Positions 1 to 9,901 of a stretch of DNA of 64,000 nucleotides are shown here, one piece after another. The notes under the pieces were generated by a model. That model was given only the letters and a program-made list of their open reading frames with translations. It did not search any database and was not told where the DNA came from. The stretch comes from Bdellovibrionales bacterium (lineage in GTDB: Bacteria; Bdellovibrionota; Bdellovibrionia; Bdellovibrionales; JAGQZY01): NCBI GenBank assembly GCA_964230645.1, contig CAXRHT010000002.1:1504001-1568000 (forward strand), read 5' to 3'. Numbering within the stretch: position 1 is the first letter of the stretch; every line of letters starts with the position of its first letter. A program made the position numbers and the translations under genes.

Positions 1-159
1 CCATCAACTGTGTCGTAAAAACAAAGAGTTCAATGAGATTAACCGCCTAAGCCTTCAACTTTTTTCAAAACGGGTCACAAGTCAGCACTACAAAAAAGTT
101 CTAGATATCAAAGATGTGTGCTCCCTAGAATTCCCACTTTGGGCGGAGGTAACCCACTA

Positions 160-1434
160 ATGAGTTTAAAAGTCTTTCATATTCTAATTGGGATCATGGC
201 CGTTTTAATCCTCATTGTGGCTATTGCCATCAATCCTAAATTTTGGCGCTACAATGGTAATTATTATGACATCGTCGATAAAGCTTGGACCTCTGACGTA
301 GCCAAACTAAAAGACCTTCCCTCAAGCTGTGAGGCGACCAGTCAGTATCGTTACGATGAAAAACGCCTAGGTCTTGCTCCTTCCTCAGCAAAACCAAAGG
401 CTAAGGTGCAAATCGTAGAACATCTTTTTCCCTTTAATGTCGACATTCATGGAGCTTCAAAATCTTCTCCAACGGTGGATGACTCCGGAGTCTACTTAGG
501 AAGTGATACCGGTTGGTTCTGGAAAATGGATCACGATGGTAAGAAGCTTTGGAGTTTCTATGTGCCAGGCTCCAACAATGGAATCCATGCCTCAGCAGCC
601 ATCGATGATAAAAAAGTTTATATCGCCACCTACAATGGTTTCATCTACGCTCTTGATAAAGAAGATGGCAGCTTAGTCTGGGCCAATCCTGTGGGTCAAT
701 ACGTGGGAGCTTCTCCACTCCTCGCGGGAGGTTCTCTTTATATCTCTGCCGAAACCGGACATCCCGATGGAATTTTAGTTAAACTTGATTGTAACTCTGG
801 GGAAACCCAGTGGGCTTCCAAATGGTTAGGAGGTCACTCACACTCATCCCCCGCTTATGATCAAAAAAATAAAGCTTTGCTTGTCGGAGCCAACAGTGGG
901 CGCTTCTTTGCTTTCGCTGAGGAGGACGGCCACACTCGTTGGCAAGAGCAGTTTCAAGGCCAAATCAAAGGCACACCCATGATATGGGACGGGACCGCCT
1001 ACTTCGGCTCCTGGGATAAAAACTATCACGCCTACGATATTAAAACCGGAGAGAAGCGCTGGACTAAATATATGGGCGGAAGAATTCAAACAAGCCTCAC
1101 CTACGTTCCCGACTCTAATATTGGTGTCACGAACACAAAAGTGGGTGAGATCATAGGAATTTCACTAACAGACGGAGAGATCCTCTGGAGATTACGCCAT
1201 GGTGATCGCAATCATCAGTTTAGTATACTCGTCACTGAGGATCCGGACCGTCCGGGAGAGTATTTGGCTTGGAGTCGCTGCAAGGAGTTCCAACTCTGCA
1301 CCTTGGATGCGAAAACTGGTAAACTACTTAATAACATCGATCTTCCAGGCTCTTTTACTAGCGTGCCTTTTGCTTGGAAGAATCGAATCTATATCAGTCT
1401 TGATCGCAATCAAGGTTTGATTATTTTGGAATAA
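160..1434 (+). CDS. PQQ-binding-like beta-propeller repeat protein (BamB-like), N-terminal membrane anchor
   Basis: Repeated blades of the type ALD..G...W (YALDKEDGSLVW, AYDIKTGEKRW); hydrophobic N-terminus; ATG at 160 follows GGAGG. Confidence 0.8.
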   Translation: MSLKVFHILIGIMAVLILIVAIAINPKFWRYNGNYYDIVDKAWTSDVAKLKDLPSSCEATSQYRYDEKRLGLAPSSAKPKAKVQIVEHLFPFNVDIHGASKSSPTVDDSGVYLGSDTGWFWKMDHDGKKLWSFYVPGSNNGIHASAAIDDKKVYIATYNGFIYALDKEDGSLVWANPVGQYVGASPLLAGGSLYISAETGHPDGILVKLDCNSGETQWASKWLGGHSHSSPAYDQKNKALLVGANSGRFFAFAEEDGHTRWQEQFQGQIKGTPMIWDGTAYFGSWDKNYHAYDIKTGEKRWTKYMGGRIQTSLTYVPDSNIGVTNTKVGEIIGISLTDGEILWRLRHGDRNHQFSILVTEDPDRPGEYLAWSRCKEFQLCTLDAKTGKLLNNIDLPGSFTSVPFAWKNRIYISLDRNQGLIILE

Positions 1435-1535
1435 TTAATCAATTCAGCGATGTCTTTACGGAAACTATATGTTTCACGGGATTCGAGTTTTTTACCATCG
1501 ACTCATCAAACAAATTTTTTCTGCGAATTATATAT

Positions 1536-2333
1536 TTACTCTTCCAGGTGACCTAAATGATGCTGAATAAAATATTCCAGTATATTTTCTTTAGCGACGT
1601 ACTCCACTCGGTGATGGTTGGAGATAAATCGAAAGAAATAAAGATACCCACTGGAAGAGTGTACCGCTAGGAACCGGGCATCCACCGATATTTTTTTAAG
1701 CTCAACAAGACGATACTCAACGCCTGTGTCGGGATGAGTGTAGCTTTGATTGCCTGCAAAACCTTTTAAGCCATCAGCCCCTTGGCGACTCACCATGCCT
1801 CGAAACAGTTGTGGGAAAACCACCTTCCGATGAACACCCTTTCGATTAAAAACCTCTGCTAAGGATTGGTTAAAGTAAATTTTTGTCTCACCAAGATTTG
1901 GTAAATCCGCATGGTAGGCAAAGTCGGCGATCAAGTCCTCTCCGGTCAATAAGACGCGATGGAGATTGGCTGGATCCAGCTGAAAATAAGCTTCTAGATC
2001 GGCAAGACGCTCTTCAGTGCGACCTAGCTCTAGAGACAAATCCATAAACTGAGTCATTTGCTTTTCACTGAGGTCCCCTTCGTTGACGAAGACTTCAAGC
2101 AGCTTGGTCAATTGCTCCATTTTTTTACGCACCTGTCTCTGGGTCTGATTATCGGTAAATTCTAAAAGTTTTAACACCCTCAAAACCCGAGCTTGAAGCT
2201 GATCTTGTAAACTGAGTTCCTGCTGTTGCAGGTTTTCCATAAACACTCGACGGCAGGAATCAGCACTTTGAGAAAGAATGGAAAAATGTAAGCAGAAAAA
2301 AAAGACGGTAACAAGCTTTAGAACTGAACACAT
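1536..2333 (-). CDS. Secreted hypothetical protein, coiled-coil plus possible RelE-like C-terminal domain
   Basis: 265 aa ORF with signal-peptide-like N-terminus and helical middle region. Confidence 0.65.
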   Translation of the reverse strand: MCSVLKLVTVFFFCLHFSILSQSADSCRRVFMENLQQQELSLQDQLQARVLRVLKLLEFTDNQTQRQVRKKMEQLTKLLEVFVNEGDLSEKQMTQFMDLSLELGRTEERLADLEAYFQLDPANLHRVLLTGEDLIADFAYHADLPNLGETKIYFNQSLAEVFNRKGVHRKVVFPQLFRGMVSRQGADGLKGFAGNQSYTHPDTGVEYRLVELKKISVDARFLAVHSSSGYLYFFRFISNHHRVEYVAKENILEYFIQHHLGHLEE

Positions 2334-2438
2334 AACAATAGCCCCGAGACAGAAAGACAGTATTTCTGCATATAAGCTCTGATTTTAGGCGGTTAAAGTC
2401 AATTTTAGGAGGAGGAAAAAGAAGTTTTTACAGGCCAA

Positions 2439-3029
2439 TTATTCTATTCCACCCTCTATATTTTCGATCCCAGGTTTCAACTGATCATTTGAAGTGACCC
2501 CATTGAAAAAGCCAACCATCGGGCTGACCACCAAGCCAAGACTTGCTGAATCCGCTGAAATTGTAAATGAACCCCTGAAACGTAAGGTTATGGGAGAGGA
2601 AGCTGTAAAAGTGCCGTTGTCATTGACGATCGATAAACTTAGATCTTCGCCACATTCATCTTTAAGAAACAAATCCACTCTTTGATAATCGCCAGGGGGA
2701 ATATCGAAAATACCGAGCGAGGTCCCTGCGGGACTCCATTGGGAAAATCCTGCCGATAAATTGACGTTTTCACCAGGATCAGAAGAGCTTGGATCCTTCT
2801 TGAAACGAATTTGATGAAAACACATTGACACATTAGAAACTGTCGCTAGAGCTTTAGGTACAAATAGGTCTAACATAGTAGAACCTTGGGATTCACTGTA
2901 AGAGGAGAGATAAATTTCAACCCCTGGGTCACCGGTTTCGGTTCCCTTGCTCGGTCCGCATGATTGCCCTAGGAGCATCAATGAAACTAGAGCTGACAAC
3001 ATTTTTGTTTTTCCAAATCTTAATTTCAT
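2439..3029 (-). CDS. Hypothetical lipoprotein (DUF4382-like beta-sandwich)
   Basis: Start MKLRFGK at 3029 overlaps the upstream stop (ATGA) with GGAGGAG RBS; lipobox-like GQSC; segment IPPGDYQRVDLFL. Confidence 0.65.
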   Translation of the reverse strand: MKLRFGKTKMLSALVSLMLLGQSCGPSKGTETGDPGVEIYLSSYSESQGSTMLDLFVPKALATVSNVSMCFHQIRFKKDPSSSDPGENVNLSAGFSQWSPAGTSLGIFDIPPGDYQRVDLFLKDECGEDLSLSIVNDNGTFTASSPITLRFRGSFTISADSASLGLVVSPMVGFFNGVTSNDQLKPGIENIEGGIE

Positions 3030-3898
3030 TTCTCCTCCAAACCAATAAGTGGGAAAGCTGACAAATTGACGTGAAAAACTTTGTCTTTTTTTGAAGCACA
3101 CGAGTTCTCAAGTTCTTTAATTCTCTCTCTTGTCTCTTCCAAAATTTGTTTCAGTTCATCAAGCTTGCTGCTATCAAGAGCAAAAGTGTAACCGATTTGC
3201 TTACGGTCCTCTTTCTGATGGATTTCAATGCCCAGGCTGGCAAGTTCTAACATTTTTTTGTGGTAACTTCCTAAAGATAGCTGATAAATACCTCCTAAAC
3301 AGGAGATGTCCTTATCTAAAGGATGCAAAACCCCATTCTCATCCACCTCTAACAGTTTATTTTCCAATAAAAACTCGATCGACTTTTTGATGTCCCCTTG
3401 AGTCACCTTATAGGGAATCATATTTTTAAGAGAATGAGGGTCATTTTTGAGAAGTCCTGTGACGGCGAACTCTCTTAAGGCAACATGAAGCCATTGACTT
3501 AAGTATTCAAATGTCACCGGTTCTTGAAAATCCAAAGATCGGTATTTGTGGTTTCTTTGAATTAACTTAAAAGCACTGACTCGCTTTTTTACACTTTTAG
3601 CATCTGCTAAAACAGTGAGTGTTTTTAAATAGCCTTTTTCTTCTTTAGTCCATTTCGCAAAGGAAGATAATTTATCAATCATTTTAGAACTGAGATTTCT
3701 ATGACGGTCGATCACCAATGATAAATAACCATGGGAGATTTCAACTTGCTTTGCTATCTCCCTTAATGACAAACCCCGCTGAGTTTTCTGAAAGTCACAC
3801 CATGCCTTCAGAAAATCACGATAGTCATGATATTCAAAAACGGATGGCTCTTTATATTTAGGGTTTATTTTCTTTTCTCCCATGTTTTCATCATACAT
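3026..3898 (-). CDS. TIGR02147/DUF4423 family HTH protein
   Basis: N-terminal VFEYHDYRDFLK, XRE-type HTH (SLREIAKQVEISHGYLSLV), W.H.A.RE, C-terminal VFHVNLSAFPL. Confidence 0.85.
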   Translation of the reverse strand: MYDENMGEKKINPKYKEPSVFEYHDYRDFLKAWCDFQKTQRGLSLREIAKQVEISHGYLSLVIDRHRNLSSKMIDKLSSFAKWTKEEKGYLKTLTVLADAKSVKKRVSAFKLIQRNHKYRSLDFQEPVTFEYLSQWLHVALREFAVTGLLKNDPHSLKNMIPYKVTQGDIKKSIEFLLENKLLEVDENGVLHPLDKDISCLGGIYQLSLGSYHKKMLELASLGIEIHQKEDRKQIGYTFALDSSKLDELKQILEETRERIKELENSCASKKDKVFHVNLSAFPLIGLEEK

Positions 3899-4090
3899 GG
3901 TTTTCTGAAATAAATATTTAATTCCAAAATTTTGTAGACAAAGATCAAGGTTTTTGAGTTGTAAGCTATTAATATTATTGTATTTCTACTTTTAAGATTT
4001 CGAAATCTCAAAAAAATACCTCATTTTTTGTAGACAGATTTTACATTAGACAAAAAATCCAACTTTAAAAGAAATGAGGCGGGGCTTATT

Positions 4091-4106
4091 TGGTCCCCCG
4101 GTTGCA
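4091..4106 (+). promoter_or_regulatory. Putative sigma54 (-24/-12) promoter
   Basis: TGGTCC-CCCGG-TTGCA, correct GG-N10-GC spacing, about 70 bp upstream of ORF 4174. Confidence 0.55.
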
Positions 4107-4173
4107 ATAGTAAAATACGTGCACGTCGGCGGTTGCTTAAAGTTTCTAATCGAAACACGTTTTAGGAGGATCT

Positions 4174-4815
4174 ATGAGTGTTCGACAAATAGCTAATGCG
4201 ATTCTAATGATGGCACTTGCTCTTTTTATTGCTAACTGTGGTCAAGGTCTACAAAGCGACTCGGACACTGGTCTTGTCGCAATGAAAATGAGTAACGAGC
4301 AAGAAACAACCCTAATCAACGGGGAACAAGTTCCCTACGATGAACAGGAACCTCCAACCGAAGAGGAAGATCGTCCCGCCGATGAAGGAGAAGGAGATGA
4401 TGGTGCAACGGGTGGAGATGATGAAGGCACAGTCTCTGATAATGATGAACCTTCTGGGGAGGAACAGGATGACTCCAGTAATGATGATGAAGGAAGCGAA
4501 GTCGGAGAAAACGATGAAGAGTCAGAACAGGAGCCCACACCAGAGGGAGATAAAAACTTTATCTGTATCCTTGATGGCCCCGGCAAGTCGGTGCGCCTTG
4601 GATTTATTAACGATAAGTTTGCCGAACACGGTAAAACTCCAGGTGTTGTCTGCATGAGTGAAAAAGCTTGTAATGAACAAGTCAGCCGAGTGTTTAACGT
4701 GAAGGGTCCCCATAAACGTGGCTTTTGCCCGGATCGCAACCCTCATGTACTGACCATGACTTATGATCAAATTAAATCAATGATAGATGATGAAATTAAT
4801 CAAGAGGAGGAATAA
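4174..4815 (+). CDS. Lipoprotein with acidic low-complexity linker and Cys-containing C-terminal domain
   Basis: AGGAGG RBS; lipobox IANC; D/E-rich tract; followed by a terminator. Confidence 0.75.
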   Translation: MSVRQIANAILMMALALFIANCGQGLQSDSDTGLVAMKMSNEQETTLINGEQVPYDEQEPPTEEEDRPADEGEGDDGATGGDDEGTVSDNDEPSGEEQDDSSNDDEGSEVGENDEESEQEPTPEGDKNFICILDGPGKSVRLGFINDKFAEHGKTPGVVCMSEKACNEQVSRVFNVKGPHKRGFCPDRNPHVLTMTYDQIKSMIDDEINQEEE

Positions 4816-4871
4816 GCAAGAGATTTTTTACTTAATCCAATTTTGAACCTTTTAAACATTTAATTTGTTTG

Positions 4872-4906
4872 AAGCGCTCCTGTCACTCACCCGGGAGCGC
4901 TTTTTT
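4872..4906 (+). terminator. Rho-independent terminator
   Basis: AAGCGCTCC...GGAGCGCTT stem followed by T-tract. Confidence 0.75.
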
Positions 4907-4922
4907 ATTTTGAAAATAGATA

Positions 4923-5327
4923 TTAATCTTGGCGAAGAACCGCGCAGAGATCGGCTGCGTAAACCTCGTCGAACAAAGACAATTCACCACTAGGATTACA
5001 AGATTTGGTAAATGTGTCCGTCCATTCATCAGCCCTGGCACATAAGATACTGGCTCGATTCAAATCACCACTTGAAAGAGCTTGTTCAATTTTTAAATCA
5101 ATATCTTTAGCATTGGCTTGATAGCGACGTTGTATAGACTCAAAGTCTTGCCTTTCCACTGGTGACTGAAAATTGATGGCCGCTTCAATTTCTGCTTCAC
5201 TACCACAAACAACAAGGCTCATAAAAGAAGCTTCATCCATCTGGGCCCTAGCTACCGTAGAGCCAAACAAGACACAACAAGTGAACAATCCCAGAACTAA
5301 CCGATATCCCATTTTTTGTTTTCCCAT
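4923..5327 (-). CDS. Secreted hypothetical protein
   Basis: Signal peptide ending ARA-Q; start probably 5327 or 5312 rather than 5423. Confidence 0.6.
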   Translation of the reverse strand: MGKQKMGYRLVLGLFTCCVLFGSTVARAQMDEASFMSLVVCGSEAEIEAAINFQSPVERQDFESIQRRYQANAKDIDLKIEQALSSGDLNRASILCARADEWTDTFTKSCNPSGELSLFDEVYAADLCAVLRQD

Positions 5328-5486
5328 GTCGAACAAATTACAAAAAAAAAGGGAGTTTTTAAAGGCATTTACTCCTATCCTGAAATTCTTTCCACAAGGT
5401 CGTCTAATCTTTAGACACTCCAACCTCTAAAGCCTGGACTAAGGATTAATTCTCAACCCTGAAGCTCACTAGATTTGAGAAGCCCT

Positions 5487-5513
5487 CAAAAAGAAACTTC
5501 TAATCTCCGATAA
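5487..5513 (+). promoter_or_regulatory. Putative sigma28 (FliA) promoter, near-leaderless transcript
   Basis: CAAA-N15-TCCGATAA ending 6 nt before ATG 5520; no RBS visible. Confidence 0.4.
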
Positions 5514-5519
5514 ACGGTT

Positions 5520-6344
5520 ATGAGACTCTTCAGTGTATTTATTTTAGTACTTCTCCAATGTTCACTTAGCTTCGGACAAGAGACCCGTTCTTTACAACCT
5601 GAGACCCCCGTTTTATTGAACTATGAAAATGAAACTGTCTACGCCACATTTAGTGGATATCGGGAAAGAAACGGTTCAACCGATCTTCTTTTTCACCAGC
5701 GACGCTACTTGTTTAGAGCTGGGACCGACCAAGAAAACCTGGGCCCATTCCAAAGAAGTCGCAACTATTCCCCAAGGAACATTAGAGTCTCTCGAGACCG
5801 CGCCCAATACCAGACCGCTATTAATTCCACAGAGGTACAAATTCACAATGAAAATGTTTCCCTTGAAGCGGGCAATATCGTAATGACTCGAAATAATCGT
5901 TTTTTTAAAATTGAAGCTGTTTTTGCTGATGGAAGAATTGCCGCTTACGAGCTTAATTACAATCCTAACGGACGAGATCGTATTGGCCACTCGCGAAATT
6001 TCAGAGTGATTGAAGGACGCAATATCCGTATTTTTTCCAAAGACGAAATTGTCGCCAAAGAGGTGCGAAGCTTTCGAGGCTACTCCCCTGGTAACCGTAT
6101 TTCTGAAATCGAGGGTATCCCAGTTTGTGATCGTTCCCTGGTTCAAGAATATAATTTTGAAGCTCATCCAGCAAACCTTAACCGCGACCAATTTCCACTT
6201 TCTGGTTGTCGAGTCGGAGGACAGACATCCATCGGAGCTGTTTTCTCAGACGGTTCTTTGGTTTTTGGTAGGGAGACTATTGTGAATCCTTTTCCTACTA
6301 CGATACATAGGTACGCCCCAAGGCAAGAGGACGTCAGCCAATAA
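5520..6344 (+). CDS. Secreted hypothetical protein
   Basis: Signal peptide (SFG-Q); two internal I.AVF.DG motifs. Confidence 0.7.
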   Translation: MRLFSVFILVLLQCSLSFGQETRSLQPETPVLLNYENETVYATFSGYRERNGSTDLLFHQRRYLFRAGTDQENLGPFQRSRNYSPRNIRVSRDRAQYQTAINSTEVQIHNENVSLEAGNIVMTRNNRFFKIEAVFADGRIAAYELNYNPNGRDRIGHSRNFRVIEGRNIRIFSKDEIVAKEVRSFRGYSPGNRISEIEGIPVCDRSLVQEYNFEAHPANLNRDQFPLSGCRVGGQTSIGAVFSDGSLVFGRETIVNPFPTTIHRYAPRQEDVSQ

Positions 6345-6376
6345 AAAAAAATAGCGATCTTTTTTAAAAGATCGCT
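6343..6376 (-). terminator. Terminator at end of the flagellar operon, possibly bidirectional
   Basis: AGCGATCTTTT/AAAAGATCGCT stem with an A-run on the plus strand. Confidence 0.6.
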
Positions 6377-6405
6377 CCTCTATTTTCTGTTTATTCAATT
6401 TAACT

Positions 6406-6939
6406 TTATAAACCCGCTTCAGGTTTTCGAGTCTCTCGAAGTCGAACCGCCACACCCCAATCAGTGACCTGACTTTTGATGGCTTCTGGATTATGACTGA
6501 CAACTCTTTGTTGCAGCTTTGTGAAGATAGGCTCTCTAATTTCAAGCTTATTGTTTTGAAGCACACATTGTCTGGCTCGGCGTTTTTCAATATTGACCAC
6601 AACCGGTGCCTTTAGATTCGCTGTCATGCGAGCTGGATCCTCTGGGATCGTGATAATGCAAAATGAACGAAGTCCGGATTCATCAGTAGCCCCTAAAGAC
6701 TGTAGATCGGATTTTGAAAGTTCTAATTTATAGTTATCTTCAAAAAGTTCAGGCTCTAAAACTGGAAAAGCAATACTAGCTTCGTCACAGCTCTGCAGCC
6801 ATGCAAATATTTCGTCATTGGGATCATCGAGAAGAACAAATTTTTCAAGGTCATTAAACCCAAGTAGTCCTTCTGAAAAGTCCAGCAAATCCTCGCTGGA
6901 TATCTCAATAGGTCCAAATCGCGTCGTATTCACTATCAT
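6406..6939 (-). CDS. fliW: Flagellar assembly factor FliW (CsrA antagonist)
   Basis: TTRFG, GLLGF, WLQS, MTANLKAPVVVN motifs; downstream of csrA. Confidence 0.95.
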   Translation of the reverse strand: MIVNTTRFGPIEISSEDLLDFSEGLLGFNDLEKFVLLDDPNDEIFAWLQSCDEASIAFPVLEPELFEDNYKLELSKSDLQSLGATDESGLRSFCIITIPEDPARMTANLKAPVVVNIEKRRARQCVLQNNKLEIREPIFTKLQQRVVSHNPEAIKSQVTDWGVAVRLRETRKPEAGL

Positions 6940-7058
6940 AGGCCCCCCCTATACATCGTTAGACGACTTGAGTCCCCCCACGGGTTAATCATGTAAATAG
7001 TATTCTGGACTTTTTACCTAGTGCAAGGTCTAAATTGTTAGCATTTTTACGCTTTGCG

Positions 7059-7289
7059 CTATTTCTTCTTTAAAAGGCTGGCAACTTCTTGCACTTTTTC
7101 AGCAGAAGTCTCTGTAGAGGCTTTATTTTGGTCCTGAATGGAAACGTAAACTTCTTCTCGGTGGATTTTTGTATCCCGCGGGGCTTCAATTCCCAGGCGC
7201 ACTTGTTTGCCTTTGATTTGCACTACCCGAATCTTGATGTGGTCATCAATGGCAATGCTCTCACCAAGCTTTCTTGTTAGAACCAGCAT
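7059..7289 (-). CDS. csrA: Carbon storage regulator CsrA
   Basis: MLVLTRKLGESIAI...VRLGIEAP...IHREEVY; AAGGAG RBS before ATG 7289. Confidence 0.97.
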   Translation of the reverse strand: MLVLTRKLGESIAIDDHIKIRVVQIKGKQVRLGIEAPRDTKIHREEVYVSIQDQNKASTETSAEKVQEVASLLKKK

Positions 7290-7366
7290 TCTTTGCTCCT
7301 TCAACATCCTCGTCAAAGTCGTAACATCCGTCGCTCACTATTGAGGAATTAAATTAGCTATTATTG

Positions 7367-8413
7367 CTACCGTAGAAAGTCAAGAAGACTGTTCTGAATC
7401 ATTTTACCCGAAGTGGCGAGTGAGGCCTCGAGTTGGTTCTGTGTCCGGTTGAGATTGTTTACAAGTTCATACATATCCACGTCTTCAATTTCGGACTGTA
7501 TCATTTTCGAATCAACCTGTAATTTTTGTATGGTTTCAAGCCCTGTGTTAAGGACTGACATTCGAGATCCAAGCTCTGCTCGAGCAAGATTCACCTGATT
7601 GAGAGCATCATCAATAAAGTCCAATGAGTTTTGAATCATGGCTTTGTCATTGGTTTTTAAGCCCGTCTCTAAGGTTTGAATCGTGGTAAAGACGTTGACT
7701 GATTTTGGTCCCCAGTAGCCTTGCTCATTGATCGATGGGTCTTCCACAACGGGAGCAAACATTTCACTAGCTGGTTGTCTTAACTCAGGGGCATCCTCTG
7801 CGGGAGTGTTGTCCTCTTTTAATGAAGGATCAATCTCCTTGGTGGTCCCAATGGGATCATTGAGTTTCTTCCCAAGGAACACGTGACTTCCTGGAATGTT
7901 CATTGTCATTTTGGCATCTTTATCAATGGGAACTTCTATTTCTGCATCATCGCCATAATAGTTCCCTTGCATATCAAAAGGAGCCTTTGTGGTTTTATAC
8001 CCACCGAAAAGATAGCGGTCGCCAAATTTACGATTCCCGATGTTCACCATTTGACCAAAGATTTGATCAATTTCCATGGCAACCATCTTGCGAGTATCAG
8101 GGCCGGCGGCACCATCACTGGCTTGTTGGATGGCTAGTTCTTTGGCACGAATTAAGAGCTCACCCATCTCCCCTAAAGACTGCTCCGAAAACTGTACGAA
8201 ACCTTTTGTGGAAAGAATATTTTTTTCAAATTGTTCAAAGCCTTGAATTTCTGTGCGGTTCTCAAGAATTCGAGCCGCACCGAGAGGATCATCAGAGGGT
8301 TTGGTGATTCTCTTTTGCAGAGCCGCCTGATTTTGGAAAGTCGAAAGCTGATGGCGGTTCTTATTCAAATTTGAGACCACTTGTCTGTGGTTCATTTTAT
8401 CGGCTACACGCAT
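7367..8413 (-). CDS. flgL: Flagellar hook-associated protein 3
   Basis: KPSDDP, RYLFGG, flagellin-like termini, SLLDFLR end. Confidence 0.93.
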   Translation of the reverse strand: MRVADKMNHRQVVSNLNKNRHQLSTFQNQAALQKRITKPSDDPLGAARILENRTEIQGFEQFEKNILSTKGFVQFSEQSLGEMGELLIRAKELAIQQASDGAAGPDTRKMVAMEIDQIFGQMVNIGNRKFGDRYLFGGYKTTKAPFDMQGNYYGDDAEIEVPIDKDAKMTMNIPGSHVFLGKKLNDPIGTTKEIDPSLKEDNTPAEDAPELRQPASEMFAPVVEDPSINEQGYWGPKSVNVFTTIQTLETGLKTNDKAMIQNSLDFIDDALNQVNLARAELGSRMSVLNTGLETIQKLQVDSKMIQSEIEDVDMYELVNNLNRTQNQLEASLATSGKMIQNSLLDFLR

Positions 8414-8426
8414 TGGCTAAACTACC

Positions 8427-9860
8427 TTAGTACCTCTTAATATTAATCACTGTTTCTAAAACTTCATCAGCGGTTCGAATCAATCGGGCCGCAGCATCGA
8501 AATGTTTTTGCATCTCAATCATTTTAGCCGCTTCCTCATCCAAACTCACTCCACTTATACTTTCTCGGAGATTAGAGAGTTGATCGACCACATTCTTTTG
8601 AACTTCTGCTTTTCTATTGGCGGCTTGCGTTTTAATCCCTAGCTCTCCAACAATTCCATTGTAAAACTCATCCAAAGTTAAAGAGCCATCAAACACCGGT
8701 CGCCCGTACTGAAGTTCTGCGATCTCAACAGCCACACGGTTATCTCCCGGGCGATTGGGATCACTTCCTGCAGAAATTCTTCCCGAATCCACTTTGATAT
8801 CTTGGTTAAGCTGCATGTATTGAGCCGCACCTTTTGCCCCTTGCATGGGTTGAAAAAAGTTAACCCCTGTTTGATTGTAGGCATTAAAGCCTTTGGAATG
8901 CATGTTGTTCACTTCCGAAGCAATCGTATAAGCAAGATTATCCATATCGTGCTTTAAGCCTGTGAGTTCCTGACTGCGCACACTAAGGAGCCCCCCCAAG
9001 CGCCCCCCATTGATTCGATCGGTCAGCAATAAAGGCTCTGCATAGTCGTGATGATAATAAACCACATCATAGCCACCCTCACCTTTACCTTCTCTTCCCG
9101 GGGTTGAGACGGCCTCTAAATGATTGGCCTCACCACCAACGACTAAAAGAGCATCTTTGGCGGTTGAAACTGTAACAGTGGAGTCTTCCCCTTCGCTCCA
9201 CTTGATATCCACTTCTTCTCCGAGCTTCTTTAATAAAAGATCCCTGCGGTCGCGCTCATCGTTGGCCCATCCACCAGCAATCTCAACTTCTTGGATTTGG
9301 TTGTTGAGGCTAGCAATCTCTTCGGTCATGGAATTAATATCGTGCACACTGATTTGGATCTGTGAATTGATGTCCGCCGCTACCTCTTCTAACTGCGAGT
9401 GAATATTATGAAAATCATTTACCAGTGTTTCACCAGCGGCTCTCACAGCCGTTCTTCTTGGCATACTTTCTGGATTCGTCGATAACTCTCTAAAAGAGTT
9501 AAAAAAGGAAGTCATGGAAGAGTTAAAGCCTTCCACAGTTTGTTCATTATAGATCTGTTCAAGTCGCCCCAGTCCCTGTTGACGTCCTTCGGCTGTGGCA
9601 AGTTCTGACTTTTCGTTTCCTAATTGTCGTTCAAGATAAGGGTTGTTGATTCTACGAACGGTAGCAGCTCTAGCTCCAAGCCCAATGCGCTTTTTACCAC
9701 TTCCCATTGCACCGTTAGAGTAAGTCTCAGTTCGCTGACGGGAGTAGCCTTCCGTTTCCTTATTTGCAATGTTATGCCCGACAGTGTGTAATCCCGTCTG
9801 GCTATTCATCATTGACCGTCGTCCGACAGTCATGAGGCTTGAAACTCGGCCCATTGTCAT
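8427..9860 (-). CDS. flgK: Flagellar hook-associated protein 1
   Basis: GHNIAN..TEGYSRQ and SISGVSLDEE motifs. Confidence 0.95.
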   Translation of the reverse strand: MTMGRVSSLMTVGRRSMMNSQTGLHTVGHNIANKETEGYSRQRTETYSNGAMGSGKKRIGLGARAATVRRINNPYLERQLGNEKSELATAEGRQQGLGRLEQIYNEQTVEGFNSSMTSFFNSFRELSTNPESMPRRTAVRAAGETLVNDFHNIHSQLEEVAADINSQIQISVHDINSMTEEIASLNNQIQEVEIAGGWANDERDRRDLLLKKLGEEVDIKWSEGEDSTVTVSTAKDALLVVGGEANHLEAVSTPGREGKGEGGYDVVYYHHDYAEPLLLTDRINGGRLGGLLSVRSQELTGLKHDMDNLAYTIASEVNNMHSKGFNAYNQTGVNFFQPMQGAKGAAQYMQLNQDIKVDSGRISAGSDPNRPGDNRVAVEIAELQYGRPVFDGSLTLDEFYNGIVGELGIKTQAANRKAEVQKNVVDQLSNLRESISGVSLDEEAAKMIEMQKHFDAAARLIRTADEVLETVINIKRY

Positions 9861-9901
9861 CCCTTCCTGCGATTTCCGTCGATTCCTTCGACTTCCCTTT
9901 T

